A stretch of DNA of 61,032 bases from an uncultured virus (IMG/VR IMGVR_UViG_3300033075_001676) (IMGVR_UViG_3300033075_001676), one strand, 5' to 3'. Shown: positions 1 through 9,602, counted from the stretch's first letter. Translations and numbers: made by a program. The notes: generated from the sequence alone by a model not told the origin.

Positions 1-3
1 AAA

Positions 4-249
4 ATGAAGAAATTATTATTAAGTGTAGGTTTATTATTAAGTCTAGTAACTGCAAGTTTTAGTCAAGATGAATTAGTGACCAGAAAGATTAAGATCAACC
101 ATGCTGATCCTTATTTAGTATTGCTTTTGATTAGCATGGACTTTTCTGCAAATACCTGGCTGGAGCCAGAGATCAGTACTAGACCTTTTTATAATGGTGG
201 ATTCACTGGAGGATTTGGAGGTGGAAGCTATGGCGGAAGAAGTAACTGA
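4..249 (+). CDS. Small secreted protein (signal peptide, secretin-N/NolW-like motif, Gly-rich tail)
   Basis: MKK + hydrophobic stretch + ASFS cleavage-like site; TRKIKINHADP motif; GGFTGGFGGGSYGG tail. Confidence 0.55.
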   Translation: MKKLLLSVGLLLSLVTASFSQDELVTRKIKINHADPYLVLLLISMDFSANTWLEPEISTRPFYNGGFTGGFGGGSYGGRSN

Positions 250-499
250 GGTTGCGGAGAAACCAATCCTAATTCAGGTGTTTGTTTACTCTGATAAAGT
301 TGAGGTATGTTCTTATCATATTCCTAGTAAAAAGTTTGGAGTTGCTTTAGGTGGTTCTTGCTCTGAAGCGGACCTGGGAAAAGCTGTAAATGCAGTTATT
401 AGAAAAGTTAAGGGTATTGAAGAAATTGAAGTTACAGGTTCACTTATTCCAGTAACTAAAGTTGTCGAAGAAATTGGAGCTACTTTAAAACCAGAATAA
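230..499 (+). CDS. Hypothetical protein
   Basis: GGAGGT RBS upstream of ATG at 230 (ORF track start 194); TAATG coupling to the next gene. Confidence 0.6.
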   Translation: MAEEVTEVAEKPILIQVFVYSDKVEVCSYHIPSKKFGVALGGSCSEADLGKAVNAVIRKVKGIEEIEVTGSLIPVTKVVEEIGATLKPE

Positions 500-1107
500 T
501 GTTACCTTACCAAATCTTTCATAATCCTAATTATACTGCTGTAAAGATTAATCCTTTAGCATATGAAATAAAGATTTTTCAAGGGGCTCCTGATAAGAGA
601 GCTTCTTTCTTTATCAATACAAATTATTTTTGGGAAAATGAACCAATTGGGATTTTTAAAGAGAATAACTTAGTTAAAAGCATTCAAAAACATATCTTTA
701 GTAGACCTATATTTATGTTAGATGCTCAAAATAAGGCTAGTATTCAAACTATTGCAAAATTAGAAGATTTGTTAGAATATTATCTAGCTAGTCAGGCTGG
801 ACCTTGGTTGATTGATGATAATAAAATTGTTTATCCTGAATCATTGAGTAGAGGTAATTTTGCATTAGATGTTGCAAGGCTTACTAAACATACTTCAATT
901 GGGGTTACTGAGCATAATAAGATTATTTTATATTATACTTCTAATAGTAGCCTAAGTAATATGACTTTTAATCTAAGGGATTTAGGTTGTAAGTATGCTA
1001 TGAATTTAGATGGAGGCTCGTCTAGTAGCTTAAAAATAAATGATAAAATATATGGCAATCCTAAACCTAAATTTGGGCTTCAATTTATAGAAAATAAAAA
1101 GAAATGA
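499..1107 (+). CDS. Phosphodiester glycosidase (NAGPA) family protein
   Basis: SQAGPWLI, HTSIG and the signature LGCKYAMNLDGGSSS. Confidence 0.8.
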   Translation: MLPYQIFHNPNYTAVKINPLAYEIKIFQGAPDKRASFFINTNYFWENEPIGIFKENNLVKSIQKHIFSRPIFMLDAQNKASIQTIAKLEDLLEYYLASQAGPWLIDDNKIVYPESLSRGNFALDVARLTKHTSIGVTEHNKIILYYTSNSSLSNMTFNLRDLGCKYAMNLDGGSSSSLKINDKIYGNPKPKFGLQFIENKKK

Positions 1108-1328
1108 GTAAAGAGGAATGGGAAAGTAAATTAGCTAAATTAAAAGTTGTAGGTAAAGCTGAGCTTAAAAGACAGGATGAATTAAAGAACCACATAGCAG
1201 AATGCGAACACTGGGAGACTTACCGAGAAGGAATTGAAGACGACTACGGTTCCTGGACACGTAGCTATTATGTTACCTGTAAGATATGTGGAAAAAGAAT
1301 AGAATATATAGCGAGTAAAAATTATTAA
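1104..1328 (+). CDS. Hypothetical protein, possible Zn-binding
   Basis: CEH...CKICG; ATGA overlap. Confidence 0.55.
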   Translation: MSKEEWESKLAKLKVVGKAELKRQDELKNHIAECEHWETYREGIEDDYGSWTRSYYVTCKICGKRIEYIASKNY

Positions 1329-1618
1329 TGTTAGAAACAAGTTTTATTGAAAGAACAATGTGTGAGGTAATTGAGACTGAACCTTTGATTATGTTTTATG
1401 ATTATGTAAAACAAGGTAGATTGAAAGTAGGCCAAACTATTATGTTGGCTGAAATTGAAGAAGGTGGATCACCTAGAAATATTCAAATGATTACAGTAGG
1501 TAATTGTACACCTAACACAATGCCAGATGATTTGCCTGAACTAGGTTGGAAGTTTTGGGACCCTATTATGAATTTATTTGTTATAGAAGTAAGTGCATTT
1601 GATCGCACAATGTTTTAA
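1328..1618 (+). CDS. Hypothetical protein
   Basis: TAATG-coupled ORF in an operon-like run. Confidence 0.55.
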   Translation: MLETSFIERTMCEVIETEPLIMFYDYVKQGRLKVGQTIMLAEIEEGGSPRNIQMITVGNCTPNTMPDDLPELGWKFWDPIMNLFVIEVSAFDRTMF

Positions 1619-1619
1619 A

Positions 1620-1808
1620 ATGAATGCGGAGCAAGAAAGAGATTATTTAACTAATCCAGACCATTGTCCCTGGTGTAATAGTAAAAATATAGTAGCAGAA
1701 TCTTGTGAAACCTATGGTGATAGACAAACAGTCTTTTGTGAAGATTGTTCTAAAAAGTGGATGGATATCTATGAAACTATTGTTCTAGCTATACAGGAAA
1801 TTGAATGA
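1620..1808 (+). CDS. Small zinc-ribbon protein
   Basis: CPWC...CEDC; likely start at ATG 1620. Confidence 0.6.
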   Translation: MNAEQERDYLTNPDHCPWCNSKNIVAESCETYGDRQTVFCEDCSKKWMDIYETIVLAIQEIE

Positions 1809-2047
1809 GAAAAATAACTGGTTGGACTCTTGTTTATGAAGATACATTCTTAGCCAATGAAAAAAAACCTTTTATCCGAAAAGGTGGGGCTAAGCATGTA
1901 GAGAGTCCATGTATTTGGCTTGATAAACAGAAAGCAAATGATTCTGCGGCCAAATTGAATGCTCTGTTTCTAAAAAATCATACAGTTTATGGAGATATAA
2001 ATCTTTTTAAAGTATTAGTAAAAGAAGTAGAAATAATAATTAAATGA
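1805..2047 (+). CDS. Hypothetical protein
   Basis: ATGA-overlapped ORF. Confidence 0.5.
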   Translation: MRKITGWTLVYEDTFLANEKKPFIRKGGAKHVESPCIWLDKQKANDSAAKLNALFLKNHTVYGDINLFKVLVKEVEIIIK

Positions 2048-2373
2048 GAAATTGGAATAAATCGTTAACCCAAACAATTGATAGAACAAGAGATATAATG
2101 ATAATTGGTCAAAACGGATGCTATGATCATGAGTACGTTGTCTCAAAAACTGAATCTTTTTATGACAAAGGAGACTGCTCCCAGAAATATGGAATGAAAC
2201 ATTTAGCCTCTGGTGGATTGCTATTGTATATTTCTACTAATAAAGATTACGATGATAGTGAAGAATTTGGAGATGATCTACTAGCTATTATTAACGGGGC
2301 TGATGTTTCCTTGGTAGAGGCTCATCAACTGTTTATCTTTGATGATATGGATGATTTTTTAGATTTTAATTAA
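2044..2373 (+). CDS. Hypothetical protein
   Basis: ATGA-overlapped ORF abutting recA. Confidence 0.55.
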   Translation: MRNWNKSLTQTIDRTRDIMIIGQNGCYDHEYVVSKTESFYDKGDCSQKYGMKHLASGGLLLYISTNKDYDDSEEFGDDLLAIINGADVSLVEAHQLFIFDDMDDFLDFN

Positions 2374-3525
2374 ATGAATATAGATATGAGTGATAAAGCA
2401 AAAGAAATTAAAGATTTGATGGGTGGTCTGAATAAGAGGATTGCTAAGGGAACTACGGATGCAAATCCTTTTTGCTTTGTGGCTTCAGATAGACCTGATC
2501 TATTGGAAACAAGTTATGTTAAAACTGGGATTCCTGAACTAGATGATAGTCTAGGTGGTGGACTTCCAAAGAAAACAGTTGTAACTTTTCATGGAATGAG
2601 TGGAGCTGGAAAGTCTTGTGCTGCATTAAGTACAGCTGCAAGAATGACCAAAGAAGGTAAGTATGTTTTATACATTAATACTGAACCACCTTTTAACTGG
2701 GAAGTTGCAAAACAAATGGGTATTGATTTAGATTATTTAATCTATACTGAGCCCAAAGACTATGGAGAACAATCAATTGATGCAATTGAAGGTTACTTGT
2801 TTGACTCTGACAAGAGGATTGCAAGGGATCTCTTTGACTTAATTATTGTTGACTCTATAAATAATATTGTTCCTAAAGCTATAATTGATAAATTAGAGAA
2901 AGAAGGAGCAGAAGGTAATAATATGGCCCGCCGAGCCAAGTTGATTGATGAATTTTTACAAAGAATTCAAGGTAGAGGTTTGCTTAGAAATGGGGGATTA
3001 ATGATTTTAATTGCTCAGGACCGAGCTAATCTTTCAAATGCTTCGGGGCACGGACCCGCTACAATAATGAGTGGTGGCCAATCTATTAAATTTAACAGTA
3101 AAGTTATTGTTAAATTTGGGAAAAAGAATATTAAAGATTCTAAGACTCAAAAAACTGTTGGTCATATTGTGAACTTTGAAATTGAGAAAAATAACATTAA
3201 AGGAACCTTGGGGAAAGGTGAATATAGTGTTATCTATGGAGTAGGTTTAGATGATTCTGAAGCTATTCATGCTAAAGCAGTTGATTGGGAATATGTAGTT
3301 AAAGCACCAGAACTTGGTAGAAGGGGATATAGAATCCTTTTACCAGATGGAGACCGTACTATTACTGAAGGAATTGCTGCAGTAAAACTGATGATTAAAA
3401 CAGATCTGGAAGTTAAAAATCAACTTAGAGATCTAATTGATTTAGGGAAACCTAAAATTAAACCTGCTTCGGTAGGTTTTGACAAACCTTCACTCTCTAC
3501 TGAACAAGTTGAAGATGAAGAATAA
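2374..3525 (+). CDS. recA: RecA/UvsX-like recombinase
   Basis: TGIPELDDSLGGGLP, Walker A GMSGAGKS, Walker B LIIVDS, SGGQSIKF, EKN. Confidence 0.9.
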   Translation: MNIDMSDKAKEIKDLMGGLNKRIAKGTTDANPFCFVASDRPDLLETSYVKTGIPELDDSLGGGLPKKTVVTFHGMSGAGKSCAALSTAARMTKEGKYVLYINTEPPFNWEVAKQMGIDLDYLIYTEPKDYGEQSIDAIEGYLFDSDKRIARDLFDLIIVDSINNIVPKAIIDKLEKEGAEGNNMARRAKLIDEFLQRIQGRGLLRNGGLMILIAQDRANLSNASGHGPATIMSGGQSIKFNSKVIVKFGKKNIKDSKTQKTVGHIVNFEIEKNNIKGTLGKGEYSVIYGVGLDDSEAIHAKAVDWEYVVKAPELGRRGYRILLPDGDRTITEGIAAVKLMIKTDLEVKNQLRDLIDLGKPKIKPASVGFDKPSLSTEQVEDEE

Positions 3526-3545
3526 GGGAAAATAAAAAAAATATA

Positions 3546-3968
3546 ATGATGAATATGACTGGAATGGGTCGGCTTGGTAGAGATCCTGAAATTAAGGATG
3601 TTAATGGTAAGAAGGTTGCAAAACTGACAATTGCTATTAGCCGAGCTGGCAGCAAGAATGAAGAGGGTCAAATTGGAGCGGCTTGGCTAGATGTCGAAGC
3701 TTGGGAAGGTTTGGCTGAGTTTGCGGAAAAGTACCTGAAGGTAGGCTCTCGAGTCCTCGTATCGGGTGATCTCCGCCAGAGTGATTGGACTGCGGAGGAT
3801 GGTACCAAACGAAATAAGCTCTATATGCGAGCTAATAAGTTTGATTTTGTGGACTCCCGAGCGGACAATGGAGAGGAGGCTGCTACTCCGAGTGAGTCGA
3901 AAGGCAAACAGCTAGCAGCTGCAGGTAAAGCTAAGGCTTCGAACGACGAATACGATCCTTTTGCTTAA
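3546..3968 (+). CDS. ssb: Single-stranded DNA-binding protein
   Basis: GRLGRDPE, YLKVGSRVLVSGDL, acidic DEYDPFA tail. Confidence 0.95.
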   Translation: MMNMTGMGRLGRDPEIKDVNGKKVAKLTIAISRAGSKNEEGQIGAAWLDVEAWEGLAEFAEKYLKVGSRVLVSGDLRQSDWTAEDGTKRNKLYMRANKFDFVDSRADNGEEAATPSESKGKQLAAAGKAKASNDEYDPFA

Positions 3969-3977
3969 TTGACTGAT

Positions 3978-4020
3978 AAAGGACCAGGTAAATGCTTACT
4001 CCCTGGTCCTTTTTATTTTT
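3978..4020 (+). terminator. Intrinsic terminator after ssb
   Basis: AAAGGACCAGG...CCTGGTCCTTT stem followed by a T-rich tract. Confidence 0.75.
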
Positions 4021-4425
4021 ATGAAAGATATTATTAATTTTCCAGTAGTTGCAACTAAATATTGCAATGTTGATCTTGACTTTATTAAGTCAATTGAACT
4101 TGGAGAATATGTTGAATTAATTCCAGAACCAGACAATAAGGTTGACTCCAATGCTATTCAAGTATTTATTTTGAATCATAAGGTAGGTTATGTCCCCAAT
4201 CGAGGAGTATCTTGTTCAATTTGCTGGAGTGGAGTAGGTGGCAAAGATAATTTTTGTACTAAATGTGGGGCTAATAATGAACACTTTGTGCCAGGTGGAT
4301 TAGCTACTAGAATGATTATGGCCAAAATTTTTGAAAAAGACTATTCTTGTTATGTAGAAAGTCTTGATTTTTTTAATGAGCATATGCCAATTACAGTAGG
4401 AATGGTTGTGGCTCACGGATTATAA
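4021..4425 (+). CDS. HIRAN domain protein with inserted Zn ribbon
   Basis: VELIPEPDNKVDSNAIQV...KVGYVP; CSIC...CTKC insert. Confidence 0.8.
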   Translation: MKDIINFPVVATKYCNVDLDFIKSIELGEYVELIPEPDNKVDSNAIQVFILNHKVGYVPNRGVSCSICWSGVGGKDNFCTKCGANNEHFVPGGLATRMIMAKIFEKDYSCYVESLDFFNEHMPITVGMVVAHGL

Positions 4426-5109
4426 ATGAGTATTAAAGAAGAAAAAGTAGATATTGAAATTATTCACCAAAGACTGTTAGCTCCATTTCCTATGTCAGAA
4501 ATGGATGCTCGACCTGGGGCAACTAGTAAAGATAAGAAGACAGCTATTCCTCTATTTTATGTAGATCCCCGAGCAATTACCCAAAGACTTGATAAGGTAT
4601 TTGGTTTAAATGGCTATAGTATTACTACTACTGATGTTCACCAAGCTTTAGACATTAAAGAAAGTGTGGACTGGACTACCAAAGAAAAAGAGAGCAAGCA
4701 AGGTTTACTAGTTTCTTGTACCTGTGTTATTGATATTCACACTCCATACATGACTAAGAAAGTTTCTAATGTTGGAGAGAAAGGGTTAGATGAAACTGGG
4801 TATAATAAGACCACCTCAGCATGGGCCCAAGCTTATAAACGCACAGCCTCTCTTTTAGGTATTGGTTCTTATTTGTATTATCTGAAGATGGATTATGTTC
4901 CATATGATCAGTATAAAAAGAAAGTTGATGTCAGTGGTTTAGCTGATTCAGATGTTGAAGGAGCTTTGGAAGAAGCTGGCTTTAATTTAAGATGTGAAAT
5001 CACAGGTGAAAAAGTGAGCTGGAAAATTGCAGCTGCTTCCATGCAATACTTTGGAAGAATACTTTGCTCAGCTGAAGGTAAGAAACTTAGGGAATCTTTA
5101 ACTAAGTAA
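4426..5109 (+). CDS. Rad52/Rad22 (Sak)-family single-strand annealing protein
   Basis: LLAPFP, YVDPRAITQRLDKVFG, AYKRTASLLGIGSYLY. Confidence 0.85.
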   Translation: MSIKEEKVDIEIIHQRLLAPFPMSEMDARPGATSKDKKTAIPLFYVDPRAITQRLDKVFGLNGYSITTTDVHQALDIKESVDWTTKEKESKQGLLVSCTCVIDIHTPYMTKKVSNVGEKGLDETGYNKTTSAWAQAYKRTASLLGIGSYLYYLKMDYVPYDQYKKKVDVSGLADSDVEGALEEAGFNLRCEITGEKVSWKIAAASMQYFGRILCSAEGKKLRESLTK

Positions 5110-5124
5110 GGATAAATTTTATAT

Positions 5125-7695
5125 ATGACTGAAGAAATTGCAGCTACTACATTTTTAGATCCCTTTGCTGAAGAGGTTTGGAAAAATACTTATAAATATC
5201 ATGAAGACGAGACAGTTGAAGATACTCATCGAAGAGTAGCTAAAGCTGTAGCTAGTGTAGAAAAAACTACAGAGCTTAAAGAGTACTGGGAAAAAGAGTT
5301 TTACTTTGCTTTACAGGGCTTTAAGCTTTCCCCAGGCGGAAGAATTCTATCAAATGCAGGGACGGATTATGCTGGTACCACATTAATAAATTGTTTTGTT
5401 AATCCTAAATTGATGGAAGATTGTGACTCTATTGAAGGTATTTATGGAGTCCTTCTTCAACAAGCAAAAACTTTAAAGTCTGAGGGGGGCTGGGGAATGA
5501 ACTTCAGCTTTATCAGACCTAGAGGCTCTTTAATTAATAAGATTGGAGTTGAATCTCCTGGAGCTGTAAGATTTATGGAACTCTTTGATAAGAGTTCTGA
5601 TATTATCACTTCAGGATCAGGAATTAATAATTCTAAGCATAAGAAGAAAAAGGGTAAAATTAGGAAGGGTGCAATGATGGGAATTTTGGATTGCACCCAT
5701 CCAGATATCCTTGAATTTATTACAGCTAAACAAACCGAAGGTCGGTTGGCTAAGTTTAATATCAGTGTCAATATTCTTGATGAGCTTGCAGAAAAGATTG
5801 TCAAGATTAATGATTTAAAAACTTCAGGCGCAAGTCAGGCTGAAATTGATAAGATTGATATTTGGGATTTGGTTTTTCCTGAAGCTGGCCATCCTAATTA
5901 TTCTGAATGGGATGGAGATATTCAAACTTGGCTTGAGAAGGGCTATGAGGTAGAAATTTATCAAACTTTAAAAGCTTCTGAGATCTGGGATGCTATTATG
6001 AAAAATACTTATAATAGAAATGATCCAGGAGTCTTCTTTGGAGGTAGAGCTAATTCAACTAGCTTGATTAATTACTTAGCAGGGAAGAAAATCAAAGCTA
6101 CTAATCCATGTGGTGAACAAGCATTACCTTTTGGTGGAACCTGTAATCTTGCTAGCCTTAATTTGACTCAATTTTATAATCCTAAAACTAGAGATATTGA
6201 TCTTGATCTTTTAAAGAGAGTAGTTAGAATTGCGGTAAGATTCATGGATAATATTAATGATCTTAGCAATCAGCCGCTCCCAGAGTATAGAGAATTCTGC
6301 CAAGACTTTAGAAGAATTGGACTAGGCTATATGGGCTGGGGTTCTTTACTCTATATGATGAAATATAGATTTGGATCTGACCAAGCTGAGGTCCTGAAGA
6401 ATAGAATTCAACAGGCAGTAGGATATACTGCTATTGAAACTTCCACTGAGTTGGCTGAAGAGAAAGGAGCTTTTAAAGATTTTGATGCTGATGAAGTTTT
6501 GAAGAATAAGTTCTGGGATTTTATTGATTTACCAGATAACCTAAAAGCTTTGATCAAAAAGAGAGGCTTAAGGAATTCTTCTTTGTTTAGTATCCAACCA
6601 ACTGGGAATACTGGAGTGATGTGTAATATCATTTCAGGAGGCTTAGAACCAGTCTTTCTTCCTGAGTACACCCGTACAGTTATTATTCCAGACTGCCCAG
6701 ATTTCCTTAAAGAACTAGTTCCTAAATATTGGCTAGGAGAATTTGTTCCCAATGATACTTTTAAATTGATTAAAGAAGGTACGGATGATGTACTGATTGC
6801 TGAAGTGGATGGGACAGTCTATAAGATTGATCGGAACAGGGGTTTAACTAAAGAAGTTCTTTGCATGGATTATGGAACTAGGTATCTTAAATCTATTGGA
6901 GAATGGGATCCTAGTGCTGATTGGGCTACTACAGCTTTAAACCTAACTATTGATGAGCATCTTAGAGATTTCAATACTTGGTGTCAATGGTGTGATAGTG
7001 CATGCAGCAAAACAGTAAATGTACCTTCAGACTATTCCTTTGAGGATTTCCAAAAGCTTTATCTAAATGCCTATAAAACTGGCTATATTAAAGGAATTAC
7101 TACCTATAGAGCTGGAACAATGACTTCAGTCCTTTCAGCTGGCACTTCTTTGGCTACTGAAGAAATTCCAATGTTAGCTGAGAATCATGCTCCTAAGAGA
7201 TTAGACGATCTTCCTGCGGATATCTTTAATCTAAAAATTAAGGGTCAAAGATTTATCTTTGCAGTTGGTTTATTAAATGATAGGCCTTATGAAATCTTTG
7301 GTGGAAAATGTCCAGATGGATTAGATATTAAATCTACCACTGGAACTTTGACTAAAGAAAAAGTTGGCAAAAAAGCAAAGTATAGTTTAGATATTCAAGG
7401 TGTAAAGTTTAGCAATTTTGCTGATAACTTTACAGCTGAGGATCAATTGATTTTTAGACTTACTTCTCAATTACTTAGACATGGGGTCAGTATCAAACAT
7501 ATTGTTGAACAACTTGAAAAAGCTAATCAAGAAGGAGTTGCTTCTTTGACTGCTGCTGTTGCAAGAACTATCAGAAAATATATTGAGGCTGGCACTGAAA
7601 CTGAGGCGACCTGTGATTCTTGCGGAGAAATTAAAGTTATCTTTCAAGAGGGTTGTTACAAATGTCTTAACTGCGGTAACAGTAAGTGTGGCTAA
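5125..7695 (+). CDS. nrdJ: Class II (adenosylcobalamin-dependent) ribonucleotide reductase with C-terminal Zn ribbon
   Basis: SPGGRILSNAG, LINCFV, TNPCGEQ, RRIGLG, SIQPTG, SKTVN, terminal CDSC..CLNCGNSKCG; no nrdB nearby. Confidence 0.9.
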   Translation: MTEEIAATTFLDPFAEEVWKNTYKYHEDETVEDTHRRVAKAVASVEKTTELKEYWEKEFYFALQGFKLSPGGRILSNAGTDYAGTTLINCFVNPKLMEDCDSIEGIYGVLLQQAKTLKSEGGWGMNFSFIRPRGSLINKIGVESPGAVRFMELFDKSSDIITSGSGINNSKHKKKKGKIRKGAMMGILDCTHPDILEFITAKQTEGRLAKFNISVNILDELAEKIVKINDLKTSGASQAEIDKIDIWDLVFPEAGHPNYSEWDGDIQTWLEKGYEVEIYQTLKASEIWDAIMKNTYNRNDPGVFFGGRANSTSLINYLAGKKIKATNPCGEQALPFGGTCNLASLNLTQFYNPKTRDIDLDLLKRVVRIAVRFMDNINDLSNQPLPEYREFCQDFRRIGLGYMGWGSLLYMMKYRFGSDQAEVLKNRIQQAVGYTAIETSTELAEEKGAFKDFDADEVLKNKFWDFIDLPDNLKALIKKRGLRNSSLFSIQPTGNTGVMCNIISGGLEPVFLPEYTRTVIIPDCPDFLKELVPKYWLGEFVPNDTFKLIKEGTDDVLIAEVDGTVYKIDRNRGLTKEVLCMDYGTRYLKSIGEWDPSADWATTALNLTIDEHLRDFNTWCQWCDSACSKTVNVPSDYSFEDFQKLYLNAYKTGYIKGITTYRAGTMTSVLSAGTSLATEEIPMLAENHAPKRLDDLPADIFNLKIKGQRFIFAVGLLNDRPYEIFGGKCPDGLDIKSTTGTLTKEKVGKKAKYSLDIQGVKFSNFADNFTAEDQLIFRLTSQLLRHGVSIKHIVEQLEKANQEGVASLTAAVARTIRKYIEAGTETEATCDSCGEIKVIFQEGCYKCLNCGNSKCG

Positions 7696-7714
7696 ATAGA
7701 GAAGCAGAAATTCT

Positions 7715-8293
7715 ATGAATAGTGGAATCTATTTAATTATTAATCAAATCAATAGACAAGTCTACGTAGGTCAGAGTATAAATGTAACTAGAAGATGGAA
7801 GCGTCATAAAAATGAACTTAAGACAAATAAACACCATAATGAACATCTTCAAAGGGCTTGGAATAGCTACGGAGAGGAGTTTTTTAGTTTTGAAATTCTA
7901 GAAATTTGTTTAATAGAAAATCTCCCTATTAGGGAACAATTTTGGCTTGATTATTATAAAAAATTAGGTAATACTTATAATCAAGGAAATTGTGCGGATA
8001 ATCCTTTTAGAGGGAGGACTCATACTGATGTGGCTAAGAGGAAAATTTCTGAGGCCCATAAAGGTAATACTAATATGATAGGAAGAAAGCATTCGAAAGA
8101 AACTAAAGCTAAAATTTCTAAATTAAGTGCTAAAAATTTTATTTTTATTAATCCTCTGGGAGAAGAAGTAAATATTTTTAATCTCACAGAATTTTGTCTT
8201 ACAAATAATTTAATTAGAAGGTGTATGGCTAAAGTAATTTCTGGTGAAAGAAAACAATATAAAGGTTGGACTAAAGGTAAAAGACTAGATTAA
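7715..8293 (+). mobile_element. Free-standing GIY-YIG homing endonuclease with NUMOD3 motifs
   Basis: SGIY...VYVGQS, HNEHLQRAWN, HSKETKAKIS, terminal YKGW. Confidence 0.9.
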
Positions 8294-8365
8294 AAGTTGT
8301 GAAATTGTCACATTAAACAATTAAAACAAAAAATAATGTTCTGCGGAGCAGAACGAAGAGTAAAA

Positions 8366-9028
8366 ATGCTAAAAATTAAAAATAATAAAAAGAAAACTTA
8401 TGTAACTTTTATCTTAGATAAGAGTGGTTCAATGGCCTCAATCAGATTACCAATGATTGAAGCTTTTAATGAACAACTTGCAAGTCATCGGAAGAACAAA
8501 GTTGGAGATGTATATATGTCTCTGATCCAGTTTGATGATAATATTGAAGAGACTTTCTTCAATGTTCCAATTGAAAACATTAGTGGGGAATTGAGTACTG
8601 AAGACTATGTCTTGGGTAATTCTACTTCACTTTGTGATGCAATTGGAAAAACAATGAATAAGTTACAAAAGCTGGATGTTGATGGAGATGCAGCTCATTT
8701 GGTTATTGTTATCTCTGATGGGATGGAAAACTCCTCCACTAGATTTAATCGAACCCAAATTAAGAATCTATGTAATGAACTTAAGGAAACTGGAAAGTGG
8801 ACTATTCAATATGTAGGCTGCGAAGAGAGTGCTTTGAATGAAGCTGAAAAGCATCTGAACATTAAGACCCATGCCTTCTCTAAGAATGCATTTGGAGTTA
8901 AAGATGTTTCTGGGGCACTCTCTACAAGTAATACAAGTTATTATGCTGCAAGAGCTGTCGGGTTAACCGCAGTAGAAGATTATATGCAAAATGATAATTC
9001 TATTATGAATTCTGATCTCAGCAAATAA
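8366..9028 (+). CDS. von Willebrand factor A domain protein
   Basis: MIDAS DKSGS, TSLCDAIG, ISDGMENSS; likely start 8366. Confidence 0.85.
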   Translation: MLKIKNNKKKTYVTFILDKSGSMASIRLPMIEAFNEQLASHRKNKVGDVYMSLIQFDDNIEETFFNVPIENISGELSTEDYVLGNSTSLCDAIGKTMNKLQKLDVDGDAAHLVIVISDGMENSSTRFNRTQIKNLCNELKETGKWTIQYVGCEESALNEAEKHLNIKTHAFSKNAFGVKDVSGALSTSNTSYYAARAVGLTAVEDYMQNDNSIMNSDLSK

Positions 9029-9070
9029 AACTTGGGGAGTGAAATGCTCCCCTAACCAATTTAAACCATA

Positions 9071-9568
9071 ATGAACAAAATTAAATTCTGTAAGCTTCAA
9101 CCAGAAGCTGTTATTCCTACTATTGCTACTGAGGGATCTAGAGGATATGATCTGACTTGCATTGAAGTTGTTAAAGTTCTTGAAGATGTAATCTTCTTAG
9201 GAACTGGCTTAGCTGTCATTGTCCCAGAAGGATACCATACTGAACTAGTTCCTAGAAGTTCTATCTCTAAATTTACTATTGAGCATGGCCATATTAAAGT
9301 TGGACTGCAAATGGCTAATTCTTTTGGATTAGTAGATGCAGATTATACTGGAAATTTGATCTTTGCTTTTAGAATGACTGGAAACATTCATGCAGCAGAT
9401 AGTATGACTAGAGAATTAATTATCTCTAAAATTAAACAAAGACTTCCTGCAACTATTGGCCAACTCATTATCAGAAAATCTGAGATGATGGAAGTAGAGG
9501 AAATTTTTGAACTGCCTGAAACTGCCAGAGGATCGGGTGGGTTTGGTTCGACCTCATCCAATAAATAA
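9071..9568 (+). CDS. dut: Trimeric dUTPase
   Basis: GYDL, PRSS, GLVDADYTG, RGSGGFGST. Confidence 0.93.
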   Translation: MNKIKFCKLQPEAVIPTIATEGSRGYDLTCIEVVKVLEDVIFLGTGLAVIVPEGYHTELVPRSSISKFTIEHGHIKVGLQMANSFGLVDADYTGNLIFAFRMTGNIHAADSMTRELIISKIKQRLPATIGQLIIRKSEMMEVEEIFELPETARGSGGFGSTSSNK

Positions 9569-9602
9569 ATATTTTTTATCTGCGTGTGTTCATGGTGGTT
9601 CC

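Noticed and set aside
7696..8365. Group I intron around the GIY-YIG endonuclease
   Set aside because: nrdJ is complete before it and the flanks are too short for intron core elements; the endonuclease is free-standing
9034..9052. GGGGAGT-GAAAT-GCTCCCC hairpin after the vWA gene
   Set aside because: No U-tract, so not called as a terminator; could be a processing or stability stem
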